Counted from the stretch's first letter, positions 39,664 through 49,513 are shown. The stretch: DNA of 64,000 nt from an uncultured Pseudomonadota bacterium (GCA_963736005.1 CAVTNB010000001.1:1088001-1152000), one strand, 5' to 3'. The notes: generated by a model not told the origin, from the letters alone. Numbers and translations are program-made.

Positions 39664-40002
39664 ATGCAACCTGAAGTTATCGTAACCCCACTCGCGGAGC
39701 CCTTGACGGATGTGACACGCGCACGTTTGCGGAGCGCAATCCGCAAGGAGATGGCTCGTGGAAATCTGTTCCATGTGGTCGATCTGAGCAAACTTGAGCA
39801 CCTCGATGCCGGCACATTATCCGAACTCATTCGAGTGCGACGTTGGCTGCGCGAGGTTGGCGGGATGCTTTCACTCGTCGCCGATCAGCCAAACATTCTG
39901 AAAATCCTCACGATCGCGGGGTTGGACCGCGTCTTCGGCGTGTATCGAAGCGATCGTGACGCGATGGACGCCATGAACCCGTCGAACCTTATCCCGGCCT
40001 AG
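39664..40002 (+). CDS. STAS-domain anti-sigma factor antagonist
   Basis: VVDLSKLEHLDAGTL..ILTIAGLDRVF. Confidence 0.85.
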   Translation: MQPEVIVTPLAEPLTDVTRARLRSAIRKEMARGNLFHVVDLSKLEHLDAGTLSELIRVRRWLREVGGMLSLVADQPNILKILTIAGLDRVFGVYRSDRDAMDAMNPSNLIPA

Positions 40003-40123
40003 ATTCCTCTAATGGTTGTTGCCGGCGCGGCCGGGAGAGATCCGGGCAAGAGAGTCTACGCAGACTCCATCATGGGCATTAAGGCTGCTTCGGCAGCTTG
40101 ACGCGGTCGTGAAGTCTCTTGAT

Positions 40124-40156
40124 AAGAGAGCCGGTCTCTTACGATCGGCTCTCTTT
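40124..40156. terminator. Terminator-like hairpin between convergent genes
   Basis: aagagagccggtc...gatcggctctcttt. Confidence 0.6.
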
Positions 40157-40186
40157 CGCTCATGGGTCTGTTTTTGGGCCCAGGTT

Positions 40187-42097
40187 TTAGTGTCCGGAGA
40201 AGATCGAGTTGGTGATGTCCTTCTGCATGACACAGATGTCGACCGTTCCGAGACCCGTTGGCGTATCCCAGCCCGGCAATGCCGATGAAGGGATACCGTT
40301 ACTTCCGAAGAGGATGTCGTGAAAACCACCGATTGGGTCGGTCGTATCCGGGGGTAACGCAGACGTTTCATCTCCTGGGAAGCCCGCAGGGGTGCAGGCT
40401 TTGGAACCAAGCGGGCATGGTTCGTAGTGGCCGTAGATGCCGTAGTAGACGGGCGCGGCGAATCCCAACGAATTGGAATGTTGGCTCTCCAAACGAGCCC
40501 ACACTCCCATCGACATGGGCGAGGAGAGACTCGTTCCCCCGACGCCTGTGCTGGCCTTGTTGACGAACACATCCATTGGGCAGCCGTTGTTGTCCGCGCA
40601 CATCGAGATGTCTGCAATGGATCTGCCTACTTCAACATCAGCCGCGGGGACGATACCGTTTGTTTGCCAATACGGAGCGCTCTCAAACGCGCTGCTTCCG
40701 CCACCGGTCCCGATCCAAACGTGTTCGCCATAATAAGTCCCAGGCTCGCCGCAATTCGTGCACGTACCCGAGGCGCCGACGGCGTTGGTGTCAAGGGTCG
40801 TGCCGCCAACTGCAACGACGTAAGGTGAGGACGCCGGATAGCATACTTCTGGCACGCCGGTATTTGGTACGCCTGTCGCGGCGATCACCGGACATCCTTC
40901 GCCGTTATCGCCCGTAGATGCGAACATCGTTTGACCTTGAGAGGCCGCCTGATTGAACAACGCATCGTCGACGAGCATTGCTCCGTCTTCATTAGCTAAC
41001 GCCTCCGGCTCTCCAAACGAAGAGTTGCCGGCTCGCGCCAGATCATCGTTTACCCAGTGGCTGTAGTCGAGCGTAATGTCTGAGTCATTCAAACTCGTCG
41101 TATCGTACACGTAAAGGTGCTTTACGGTTTGAGCGATGCCGGTTGAGATCTGCGTGTCCAAGTCCCATTCGTCAAGCCCGGACGTATCGATGCTTGATAC
41201 GCCAACCTGTATGGCCGTATATGGCACCTTGGGCAGTCCCCAGAACGTCTCGGCAAAGCGAAGGTCCGTGAGGACTTGAGTCACGTTACCCTCGGCCATG
41301 ACTGCAACGGTCGTGTTGTACCCCGAGCATGATGACGGGCAGGCATCGTATGCGACCTGATACTGTTTTGGGCCGTATTCGCCGAATGTACAGATGCCAT
41401 TCACCACGGCGGAGCAGGGCGGAGGAGTATTTGCACTGGTCACCTGCGGCGCCATGGCCGCTTCGATCTGCCGCCTCGCTACGGGGCGATTGCTATATTG
41501 GATGTGCGTCTTCATCCGATAAGCGTTGGTAAGTCCGAGCACAGCGACGACCAAGCCCCGCAGCTGTGTAGGGACGAGCGCAGGGGTAACGTTGCCGTAG
41601 ATTACTTGTCCGTCGAACGCTGCGGCGCGAATAGTCGTGTGGAAGGCAGCCTCGGCACGCGAGGGTGCGGCAAGCGCCGTCACGAGCAAGTTGTTGGGCT
41701 CGATACCGATGTTAGTGAAACCCTCACGCTGGAGGTATAGAGCGACCGCCGTTGCTTGCGCTCGCGTCGGGTTAAACATTGCCGTGAACTGGGCAGGCGT
41801 CAAGAATCTGTGAAAGAGCGGATCCCCAGGCACGGTTTGGTGCCGCAAGAAGGCGTCTGCGCCCGCTCGATTACTGTTGAGGCCAACGACAATCCTCAGC
41901 GGCACGGAGTCTGACAGTCTGCCGACCATAAGAGACGTTCCCATTCGACCGGTTCCGATAGGAACGGCCTGCGTTGCCGTGGCTGCCCACCCAGCATTCG
42001 GACCTAGGGCAGCGTGCGGAGTCCACGCCGCAACCGCTAATGCAGGCGCTGTCACACCCAGCAGCGCAATTGCGACTGCGATCTTCAAAAGCTTCAT
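40187..42097 (-). CDS. Sedolisin/kumamolisin-family (S53) peptidase with prodomain
   Basis: Signal; prodomain FLTPAQF..FNP; EWDLD, ASTGDNG, GGTSLS, GWD.PTGLGT. Confidence 0.9.
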   Translation of the reverse strand: MKLLKIAVAIALLGVTAPALAVAAWTPHAALGPNAGWAATATQAVPIGTGRMGTSLMVGRLSDSVPLRIVVGLNSNRAGADAFLRHQTVPGDPLFHRFLTPAQFTAMFNPTRAQATAVALYLQREGFTNIGIEPNNLLVTALAAPSRAEAAFHTTIRAAAFDGQVIYGNVTPALVPTQLRGLVVAVLGLTNAYRMKTHIQYSNRPVARRQIEAAMAPQVTSANTPPPCSAVVNGICTFGEYGPKQYQVAYDACPSSCSGYNTTVAVMAEGNVTQVLTDLRFAETFWGLPKVPYTAIQVGVSSIDTSGLDEWDLDTQISTGIAQTVKHLYVYDTTSLNDSDITLDYSHWVNDDLARAGNSSFGEPEALANEDGAMLVDDALFNQAASQGQTMFASTGDNGEGCPVIAATGVPNTGVPEVCYPASSPYVVAVGGTTLDTNAVGASGTCTNCGEPGTYYGEHVWIGTGGGSSAFESAPYWQTNGIVPAADVEVGRSIADISMCADNNGCPMDVFVNKASTGVGGTSLSSPMSMGVWARLESQHSNSLGFAAPVYYGIYGHYEPCPLGSKACTPAGFPGDETSALPPDTTDPIGGFHDILFGSNGIPSSALPGWDTPTGLGTVDICVMQKDITNSIFSGH

Positions 42098-42273
42098 TAG
42101 AGTACACCGTCCTTTTCTTGCGGCTTTGCCCGCAAGGACGAGAATATCGCATGGCGCATTACAACGAGCGAACACGCGCCTGCGGCGAATAACAATCCGA
42201 GAACCTGGCGAAGCGACACACGCAGGGTCGGCCACTCGACCGTTCCGATCTGTTGATCTGGTTTTTTTGACAT
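42097..42273 (-). CDS. Small (58 aa) single-TM protein, translationally coupled to the S53 peptidase
   Basis: GGAGGT RBS 7 nt before ATG; TAATG stop/start overlap with 40187..42097; hydrophobic VLGLLFAAGACSLVVM. Confidence 0.55.
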   Translation of the reverse strand: MSKKPDQQIGTVEWPTLRVSLRQVLGLLFAAGACSLVVMRHAIFSSLRAKPQEKDGVL

Positions 42274-42348
42274 ACAGAGCACCTCCGTGGCCGCGAACTT
42301 GCAAAAGCTGCTCTTAGCTTACCATTGGAGGTGTGACAAGCGGAGAAC

Positions 42349-42445
42349 AGGGCGACGTGATAGTCGCCCCATACAACGACATGAAGTCTAGGGGCGATTT
42401 TGCAATCGCCCCTACAACGCGCGCGAATAAATTCGCGCGAACTAC
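42349..42445 (-). repeat. REP cluster (B variant, B, A)
   Basis: agggcgacgtgatagtcgccccatac; ggggcgattttgcaatcgcccctac; acgcgcgcgaataaattcgcgcgaactac. Confidence 0.8.
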
Positions 42446-42446
42446 A

Positions 42447-44129
42447 TTAGAGGTGTACGGCAGTGCGAGTTTTCGGAATTTGCAGCATGTAGTAGTAGCC
42501 ATTCAGCGAGCCGACACCAGTCACGTTGTCATAACCGCTGTGGGCTGAATAATCGCCGTTGCTCCCGGAGAGAATGTCGTGCCAGGCTTTCCCTGGATAC
42601 GTTTTCGCCACGAATCCGTGATACAGGCCGGTGGCAGCCAAGCCCAAGCGGTGGCCGTAATATTGATCGACTTGTGCGTACAGCGCCGCCATATTCGGCG
42701 CAACTGCGCTGGTGCCGCCCACGGACAGGGCCCACGAGTTGGTGTAGAACAACGAGTAGGGCGTGTTTGGATCTGCATCGAGCGCGACGTCGGGAACATT
42801 TCGGAAAGTGCGGGATGCAAGCGTCGTGATGGGCGATTGATATTTGGGTAGTGCGAAGAACATCGAATACCCGCCACCACTACCTGACCAACCTGTTTCT
42901 GAATGGATCGTGCGGTTCATGTTGAGCGTGAGACTCGTTCCGCCTGACGCTCCAATCCACGGAGAGCTAGCGGGAAAATCTACGGTTGTGGGGTTGGGCT
43001 GCCCAGGTAAACCATCGGGTGGATTGTTCGTGCCGCAGTCTTTCGAGCCGTTGTCACCAGAGGCAGCGAACCGCGTTTGACCTTCCGCTGCGGATTGCTC
43101 GAAGAGATCGTTGTCTGCGGCGACTTCATTGGGGTCGGAGCCCACTTCGCACGAACCCCACGAGGTGGTCACCACATCTACCCGAGGGTCGATCGCGGTC
43201 ATCTCGTAAATATCATCGAAGGTCGAGTTGAGCGGATCGACGCCCTCGTACACCAGAACATTTGCGCCGGGCGCGTTAGATGTTGACTGCTCGACATCGA
43301 GCGTCGTCTCGTCATTTTGGCCTGGCGCTGGAAGTCCCTGATCGACCGGATCATCGACGTACTTGCGACTGATATAACCGGTGCGGGGGACGCCGTACGT
43401 GCTCCAGTAACCTTGCGCGTCACCGTCGAGGTAATCGTAGGCTGTCTCAATGGCGATCGTTACCCCTGCGCCTGATATGGCTTTGTTGACGTGCACGGGT
43501 TCGTCATAGGCCGTCTGGATGTCCAGCGGGCCGAAGCCGGCGGGCGTGTTCAAAGGGTTGCTGACCGCCGGCGGCTGAGCAATGTGGCGTGCAAAATTGT
43601 TGAAACCACTCACAGCCATGATGATCCCGTGGAGGGCATTCGGAATCTTCGCGGGGAGCGCGTTTGCGTAGTAGATCACCCCGCGGTAGCTGTATTGATT
43701 GATAACGGTACCAAAGAATGCATCAGCTTGTGCGACGGTTGCGACAACATCGAGAACCTTGTGGTTGGCGTAGGCCTGCACGATCGTCATCCCGCCCCCG
43801 AGTACAAGATACTCGACGGTCGAATACGTGTTTCCGGATGGATCAAAATCTGCGGCGAACTGATCGGGTGTGAGGAAGGCACCGTACATCGGCGACTGGG
43901 GGTCATTGACCGTCTGGGTGAAGTTGTCGACTGCGGCCTGATTCGGGTATGCCAAGCTAAAGACCAAATGGATGTTTTGGGAGGCTGGCGCCGGCCCTAT
44001 CAGTTGGGCGGCTGATATGAATTGCGGCACGCCGGCGCCGATGCCATTATTCGAAAGTGCGTTCGCTGGAGTAGCAAAAGCCAGGAGCGCCACGGCCGCT
44101 AAAACGGCGACGTACCCAAGTCGTCCCAT
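42447..44129 (-). CDS. Sedolisin/kumamolisin-family (S53) peptidase with prodomain
   Basis: Signal; FLTPDQF; ETTLD, SWGSCE, ASGDNG, RNVPDVA, GGTSAV, GYDNVTGVGS. Confidence 0.92.
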   Translation of the reverse strand: MGRLGYVAVLAAVALLAFATPANALSNNGIGAGVPQFISAAQLIGPAPASQNIHLVFSLAYPNQAAVDNFTQTVNDPQSPMYGAFLTPDQFAADFDPSGNTYSTVEYLVLGGGMTIVQAYANHKVLDVVATVAQADAFFGTVINQYSYRGVIYYANALPAKIPNALHGIIMAVSGFNNFARHIAQPPAVSNPLNTPAGFGPLDIQTAYDEPVHVNKAISGAGVTIAIETAYDYLDGDAQGYWSTYGVPRTGYISRKYVDDPVDQGLPAPGQNDETTLDVEQSTSNAPGANVLVYEGVDPLNSTFDDIYEMTAIDPRVDVVTTSWGSCEVGSDPNEVAADNDLFEQSAAEGQTRFAASGDNGSKDCGTNNPPDGLPGQPNPTTVDFPASSPWIGASGGTSLTLNMNRTIHSETGWSGSGGGYSMFFALPKYQSPITTLASRTFRNVPDVALDADPNTPYSLFYTNSWALSVGGTSAVAPNMAALYAQVDQYYGHRLGLAATGLYHGFVAKTYPGKAWHDILSGSNGDYSAHSGYDNVTGVGSLNGYYYMLQIPKTRTAVHL

Positions 44130-44294
44130 TGCCTCGTTCCCCTCTCGGCGATCCGTCGCGGATCACCCTCAGTTTCCGCTACGTAAAAAATCGGACATCG
44201 GAGATGGGGCGATTTCAACTCCCCATTCGATCTTCTTCAGTATACCCAAGGCGTGTAACAAATCGCGAACAGGATCCGTTCCGGTGGCGGGACT

Positions 44295-47200
44295 CTAGCT
44301 TGCGAGGGGGGATTGGTCTGTAAGACCCTCAGGAGCTTTCCAGATGTCGGGAGGATCCGCGCCGACGGCTGCCTTGTAGCGGGCGCGCCACTCCTCGTAG
44401 TCCCGGGTAGCTTCGGAAAACCGCATTTCTTGGCACAAGGCTTCCAGTCGCAGCTTCACGGCGTCCAGATCAAATGGCGCCACTTCCAGGAGCCGCTCAA
44501 CGGTCCGGCGCTGACCCGCCCCGTCGCCGCATGCCTGGCACTCGGTCGCGATCCAGCGCAGCGCTTCGATGCAACTCGCGCGCAGCCTCTCCCGTTCGCG
44601 CCATTGCCATCCGCCGTCGTGCATGCCGTCGAGAAAATCGCCCCCATAGAGATCGGCTGCCGCCTCATAGCAGCGCCGAGCCTTGGCACGGTCGCCTTGC
44701 GCGTCCGCCTGGCGAGCCGCTTCTATCTGGAGGTCAAATTGTTCGAAATCGATCGTGGTTTGCGGCGGCGCAGCGAATCGATAGGCATTTGCCTCGTATT
44801 TAATGACGTCGCCAACTGCTTTCCTGATCGCTGTGATGGTCACTCGCAAACTATCGTGAGCAGCGTCGGCATCGCTCTCTGGCCAATAGAGATCAATCAG
44901 CCGCTCGCGCGGAATCGCGCGTCCCCGCTGGCTCACGAGATGCGCAAAGATCTCGAGAGCCCGGCGCCGCTTCCAAGCTTCGGGCGGCACTTCTTTTCCC
45001 CCAACGGACACGCGCAGCGGACCCAGCGCCTCGATGCGCAATGACTCGACAGGCACTTCTGCGGCGATCTCGGGGATGAGACTCAATCCTATTTTCCAGC
45101 GTCGCAGATGGGAGTACAACTCCTTGAACGCCGCGCCTTTTGTTCTAAGCAAGAATCGATAATCTCGCTGATGGACGAGGGCGACAGCCCCTGTCGCGGC
45201 CTCTGCAGCGCGGCGGTCCATGCGCACGCTTTCAGTTCCGGTCAGGCGGGCCGAGCATCGCGCGAGGATCGTCGCGGCATCAAGGCAGGCGATCGCTTGG
45301 AGCAATGCGTTGTCACCCAGCGAAGCATCGGTGACGGCTTCATCGGCAAGCTTGGCAGCCGTCGCGGCATCGCCTTTTGCCAGCATTACCTCAGCCCGCG
45401 TGACGAGAAGAGGCGCCATCTGCTGGTGCCGAGCCGCCCGGCGAAACATTTCTATTGCTCGCGCGCAAAACTCATCGGCAGCCGAAAGATTGCCTTGGAG
45501 CATGGCGCACTTCGCCAAACCATGCTCGATTTCCGGAAGCAGAATCATATCGCTGGGATCCGAAACGTCGAGCGCGCTGCGGAACGCTTGCGACGCTCCA
45601 TCAATATCTCCGCGCAGGAGTTTGAGAACGCCACGCTGCTCGTGCGCCCGCGTGATGAGGCCAGTGGCGCCTATGTCGATCGCTTGTGCAAGCATCGTCT
45701 CCACCAAGCGTTCGGCCTCATCAACGTCTCCCAGCAGAGTTTTGATGTAGATCAAGTCGCCAAGAGTCGTCAGCAACGAAATGCGATGTCCGGCTGTTTC
45801 TTTCAGCTTGAGCGCGCGTTCGTAGAGCGAAAGCCCTGCGTAGACGTCTCCGCGCCGGACGTGAGCAACTGCAGTATTGTGCAGCACGAGGCCGTGGGCC
45901 GCGAGGTCACCCCGTGCGACTATCGACGGCATGACTTCGCGGTAGGCTGCAAGCGACTCGTCGAGGCGGTTCATTTCCAAATACACCGCAGCCAGCGTCA
46001 TGCGCAAACTCGTGACGCTCGTTTCGGGCAAGTCCAGGCCCGACGAAAGGGCTTCGTCCAACATGATGCGGAGCCGTTCGAATTCTCCGCGAGATGCGAG
46101 GATCGGAGCGCAGGCTCGCACCGCTTCGGCCAAGACGTCAAACTGGCGGCTTGTTCGCGCACCCGCGATGGCGCGCTCGAGCGATGGCAGCGCCGCGTCC
46201 CATTCCCCGCGTTCGCGTTGAATGCGACCCAAGGCAGTGAGCAGTGTCGGACTCGCCTCGATTCGGGCCGGCTGCACGAGGCGCAATAGGTGGCTCACTG
46301 TACCAATGAGACCCGCCCGCAGCATCGCAAATGCTGTGGCTTCAAACTCCGCTGCCGCTGCATCGGGGTCGCCAGCTTCAACGAAGTGATGGACTGCGAG
46401 CGCGGCGTCTCCACGGGCGGCAAGAAAGAGCGCGGCGCGGTGATGCAACCGCGATACGTGGAATGCAGGCTGCGAATGCACCAGATTGTGAAGCAAAAAC
46501 TCTCGAAAAAGTTGATGTGATCGATACGCATCGTCGGACTGGCGCGTCACGAAGAGTCCGCGCGAGGATAGCGAATCAAGCATTTTTGCCGATGCGGCAC
46601 CGTCGAGAACCGCATCGCACAAACTGGTCTCGAGCTGCTCGAGTATGGAGGTGTCGAGCAAGAATTGACGCTCGTCTGCAGAGAGCCGGCCGAGCACTTC
46701 ATTCGCGAGGTAGGAAAAGAGGTGGCGGCGCGCGTCTTCACCGCTGAGCGGCCCTGAGGGGGCTTCCTTTCGAAAGCGTTCGACAACTGCAGAACTTGAT
46801 GCGATTAAGGCGAGGCCCGCTGGCCACCCTTCCGCGCGCGCGATGAGGCCGTCAAGCGCTGCAGGCACTTGACCGCTTGTCGCGCGTTGGAGATATGCCT
46901 GCGCTTCCGACGAGTCGAATGCCAAGTCACTCGCGCCGATTGAACCGAGCTGCGCCGCTGCGGCAATGCTATGCAGCGCGAGTGGCATCGATCGACCACA
47001 GAGCACAAAGCTGACGCCCAGGCGACACGCTCGCTCGACGAGTTCATTGAGGGCGAGCAGACTGCGGCTGCCCTCAAGCACTTGGACATCATCAAAAACG
47101 AGCAGCGGGGCAGGCTGAGCATCAAAGTCGGCGAGACTTTCTGTAAATCGAAGGGCGACTTCGCGTGGCACGCCGACGGCAGCCGCGTTCCCATCGTCAA

Positions 47201-47483
47201 AGGGTGGCAGGGCTACCCCCATGGAGCGCAGCCCACTGCTCATATGCACAGCAAAGAGCGCGATGTCTGCATCGCCCTCGTCAAGGCTGTACCACAATTT
47301 GGGTCCTGTCCAGGCAGCATGCAGCTGCGCTGCGAGGACCGTTTTCCCGTAGCCCGGTCCGGCAACGATGGAGACAACGAATGTGCCTGGATGGAGGCGG
47401 CGCTCGAGTTGAGGACGTTCCATCCAGAGTGGAAGAATCTGCGGAGGCCGCAGCTTCAGTCGCTGGACGAACACGATCCCCAT
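44295..47483 (-). CDS. MalT-like STAND ATPase / TPR regulator with C-terminal wHTH-BTAD module
   Basis: AGPGYGKT, WYSLDEGD, FDDVQ, EGWPAGL, YRSHQLFREFL; C-terminus LGPLRV..LYWPE..LY.GDFL. Confidence 0.88.
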   Translation of the reverse strand: MGIVFVQRLKLRPPQILPLWMERPQLERRLHPGTFVVSIVAGPGYGKTVLAAQLHAAWTGPKLWYSLDEGDADIALFAVHMSSGLRSMGVALPPFDDGNAAAVGVPREVALRFTESLADFDAQPAPLLVFDDVQVLEGSRSLLALNELVERACRLGVSFVLCGRSMPLALHSIAAAAQLGSIGASDLAFDSSEAQAYLQRATSGQVPAALDGLIARAEGWPAGLALIASSSAVVERFRKEAPSGPLSGEDARRHLFSYLANEVLGRLSADERQFLLDTSILEQLETSLCDAVLDGAASAKMLDSLSSRGLFVTRQSDDAYRSHQLFREFLLHNLVHSQPAFHVSRLHHRAALFLAARGDAALAVHHFVEAGDPDAAAAEFEATAFAMLRAGLIGTVSHLLRLVQPARIEASPTLLTALGRIQRERGEWDAALPSLERAIAGARTSRQFDVLAEAVRACAPILASRGEFERLRIMLDEALSSGLDLPETSVTSLRMTLAAVYLEMNRLDESLAAYREVMPSIVARGDLAAHGLVLHNTAVAHVRRGDVYAGLSLYERALKLKETAGHRISLLTTLGDLIYIKTLLGDVDEAERLVETMLAQAIDIGATGLITRAHEQRGVLKLLRGDIDGASQAFRSALDVSDPSDMILLPEIEHGLAKCAMLQGNLSAADEFCARAIEMFRRAARHQQMAPLLVTRAEVMLAKGDAATAAKLADEAVTDASLGDNALLQAIACLDAATILARCSARLTGTESVRMDRRAAEAATGAVALVHQRDYRFLLRTKGAAFKELYSHLRRWKIGLSLIPEIAAEVPVESLRIEALGPLRVSVGGKEVPPEAWKRRRALEIFAHLVSQRGRAIPRERLIDLYWPESDADAAHDSLRVTITAIRKAVGDVIKYEANAYRFAAPPQTTIDFEQFDLQIEAARQADAQGDRAKARRCYEAAADLYGGDFLDGMHDGGWQWRERERLRASCIEALRWIATECQACGDGAGQRRTVERLLEVAPFDLDAVKLRLEALCQEMRFSEATRDYEEWRARYKAAVGADPPDIWKAPEGLTDQSPLAS

Positions 47484-47734
47484 GTTCTGCCGCATGACAG
47501 AGGCCGCCTCCGGCCTGTCGGACCTAATCCAGCGCGGCCTTCCGGGTTTGCGGGCAGCGAGAGCTGCCGTTGCGGTGGCTCCTCGACGGCAGCTCCTGGC
47601 CACGGTCCGTTAGGACACTTGCAGTCTACTACCGCTGCAATTACAACTCGGGAACAACGAGCCAAAGAGGTTTGCCGCTGCCAAATTGAGCAACCTGGGC
47701 AGACGAAGCACGAGCGTAACAAAGAGGAGGAGAC

Positions 47735-48059
47735 ATGCCAAAATATTTATTGCACGGTGCGTACAGCATCGAAGGGAATAAGGGTATCCTTAAAGGCGGC
47801 GGAACGGCTCGGCGGAAGACTAATTAACGCTATGGTCGAGTCTGAGGGAGGGAAACTGGAGTGTTTCTATTGGGCGTTAGGAAAGGATGATTTTTACATC
47901 ATACTTGATGTTCCAGATATGGCAACGATCGCTGCCGTCTCAATGAAAGTGGGATCTTCGGGAGCGGTGTCGAGGCTTTCGTCAACACCTTTGTTGACCG
48001 CGGAAGATGTCGATGCAGCCTGCAAGCGCGACGTGAAGTACACGCCCCCAGGTCAATAA
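47735..48059 (+). pseudogene. GYD-domain protein interrupted by a +1 frameshift
   Basis: GAGGAGG RBS and MPKYLLHGAYSIEG..GGTARRKT stop at 47825; the frame from 47823 continues INAMVESEGGKLECFYW..YTPPGQ. Confidence 0.7.
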
Positions 48060-48219
48060 GCGGCACAAGCCTCATGTTGAGCCGGCCACCAAGGAGCGGT
48101 GACCGGCTCCATTGTTTGACTCGTTGCCCGCACCATGGCGGTAGTAAGGTCGGTCACAGAGAGCGCCCATTCCATATGACGTCGTAAGGAAGAATGAGGG
48201 AGGCAGGCGCGCTAGCGTG

Positions 48220-48684
48220 TTATTTCCTCTTGATTGAGCCAAGGTGATTGGCGAGACGATCCAGGCTTTGAGTCCAGCCCTCTTCCATGCCATCGAGATA
48301 TTGGGAAGCTTGCGAGGTCGCTTTGACCACGCGCGCCTGCATCGTGAGCATTGTTTTCCCATCTTGCTCGGCGAACGTTATGATGTTGAGCACTTCAAAG
48401 AGGGGATTCCCATCTTTGTCCAGTGCAGCGCCGGCAAAAACAAGTCGCTCAGGCTCGACGATTTCGTGAACGACGCCCTTCATCGGATACACGACACCAT
48501 CTGGGCCGCGCATATGAATGCGGATAGCACCACCGGGCCTGGCGTCGAACTCGCAGACAGGGTTTGTAAAGCCGTCCGGGCCCCACCACTGACGCAGATG
48601 CTCTACATCGATCCACGCCTTAAAGACAAGGGCGCGCGGTGCATCAAAGGTGCGCGTGATGACGAGCTCTTGGCCGACGCCGAT
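48220..48684 (-). CDS. SRPBCC/AHSA1-domain protein (start codon unclear)
   Basis: ELVITRTFDAPRALVFKAW..WWGP..DARPGG..PERLVF..GWTQSLDRL. Confidence 0.85.
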   Translation of the reverse strand: MGVGQELVITRTFDAPRALVFKAWIDVEHLRQWWGPDGFTNPVCEFDARPGGAIRIHMRGPDGVVYPMKGVVHEIVEPERLVFAGAALDKDGNPLFEVLNIITFAEQDGKTMLTMQARVVKATSQASQYLDGMEEGWTQSLDRLANHLGSIKRK

Positions 48685-48697
48685 ACTGTTTCTCCTT

Positions 48698-49513
48698 TTA
48701 GCGGGAGCCCAAGGTTCGCGGTGAGTGGGCAGACCTTGCAAGCGTCCAGGCAAAGACGCAGAGCAGCGCACCGACGAGGACCGCGCTGACGGTGATATCA
48801 GGAACTGGCGAGTGCCATCCTAGGGCCTGCGCCAACTCGTAGCTTCCCACGAGCAGCGCGAGCGCTGTAACTGAGACAATCCACACGCGGGTCACGCGAA
48901 CCAGTTCCAGCGGGTGACGCGTGCACAATTTGTAGACGAGGATGCTGTCGAGCGTATCCGTGACGGTCATACCGAGCGAGAATGCAAGGCCAATGAGCAA
49001 CCCCAAAAGTATGCCGCCGCCACTCGTCAAGGCGAGCGCGTACGTTGCCACCTGGCTCGAGGTGTCAAAGCCGAGGCCAAACAACAAGCCGATGGGAATC
49101 GCGGCCAGCGGACTTGTGGCCGCGCGCAAAGCCTTTGGGAGCATCGCGGTCTTGAAGCCCGCAATCGGGCCGACGCGGTTGAGCGCAAGCTGGCGCAGGT
49201 TCAGCGCAACAATGGCGAACAGCGTTGCGATGCTTACCCAAGTGCCGATGGTTTCAAGCAGCGCGCCGTGCACGCTGATGCGGCTGCCGAGCAAACCCGC
49301 GAGCGCGGCGATCGACAGCACCATAACCGAATGGCCACCGGCAAAGAGAGCACCAGCGAAGCGACTGAGATGGTTTCGAACGCTCAAGCTGTTGCGCGTC
49401 AAATTGTCGATCGCTGCCAAGTGGTCGGGATCTGCGCCGTGGCGTAACCCGAGCACAAAGACGGAGAAGGCAACCGCCCAAAAGGCCATGTGTATCGCTG
49501 CGTGACCGATCAT
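48698..49513 (-). CDS. hoxN: High-affinity Ni/Co permease (NiCoT, HoxN/NixA family)
   Basis: GLRHGADPDHLAAIDN, FAGGHS, GLLFGLGFDTSSQ, GM..TDTLD. Confidence 0.85.
   Translation of the reverse strand: MIGHAAIHMAFWAVAFSVFVLGLRHGADPDHLAAIDNLTRNSLSVRNHLSRFAGALFAGGHSVMVLSIAALAGLLGSRISVHGALLETIGTWVSIATLFAIVALNLRQLALNRVGPIAGFKTAMLPKALRAATSPLAAIPIGLLFGLGFDTSSQVATYALALTSGGGILLGLLIGLAFSLGMTVTDTLDSILVYKLCTRHPLELVRVTRVWIVSVTALALLVGSYELAQALGWHSPVPDITVSAVLVGALLCVFAWTLARSAHSPRTLGSR

Noticed and set aside
42108..42140. c-di-GMP-I riboswitch suggested by GGGCAAAGCC
   Set aside because: The second GEMM hairpin and tetraloop-receptor pattern are absent; the region is better explained by the small ORF and an RBS hairpin.
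46971..48059. 362-aa ORF as a real full-length gene
   Set aside because: The first ~280 codons are antisense to the STAND regulator or intergenic; only the last ~78 codons are the C-terminal part of the frameshifted GYD gene.
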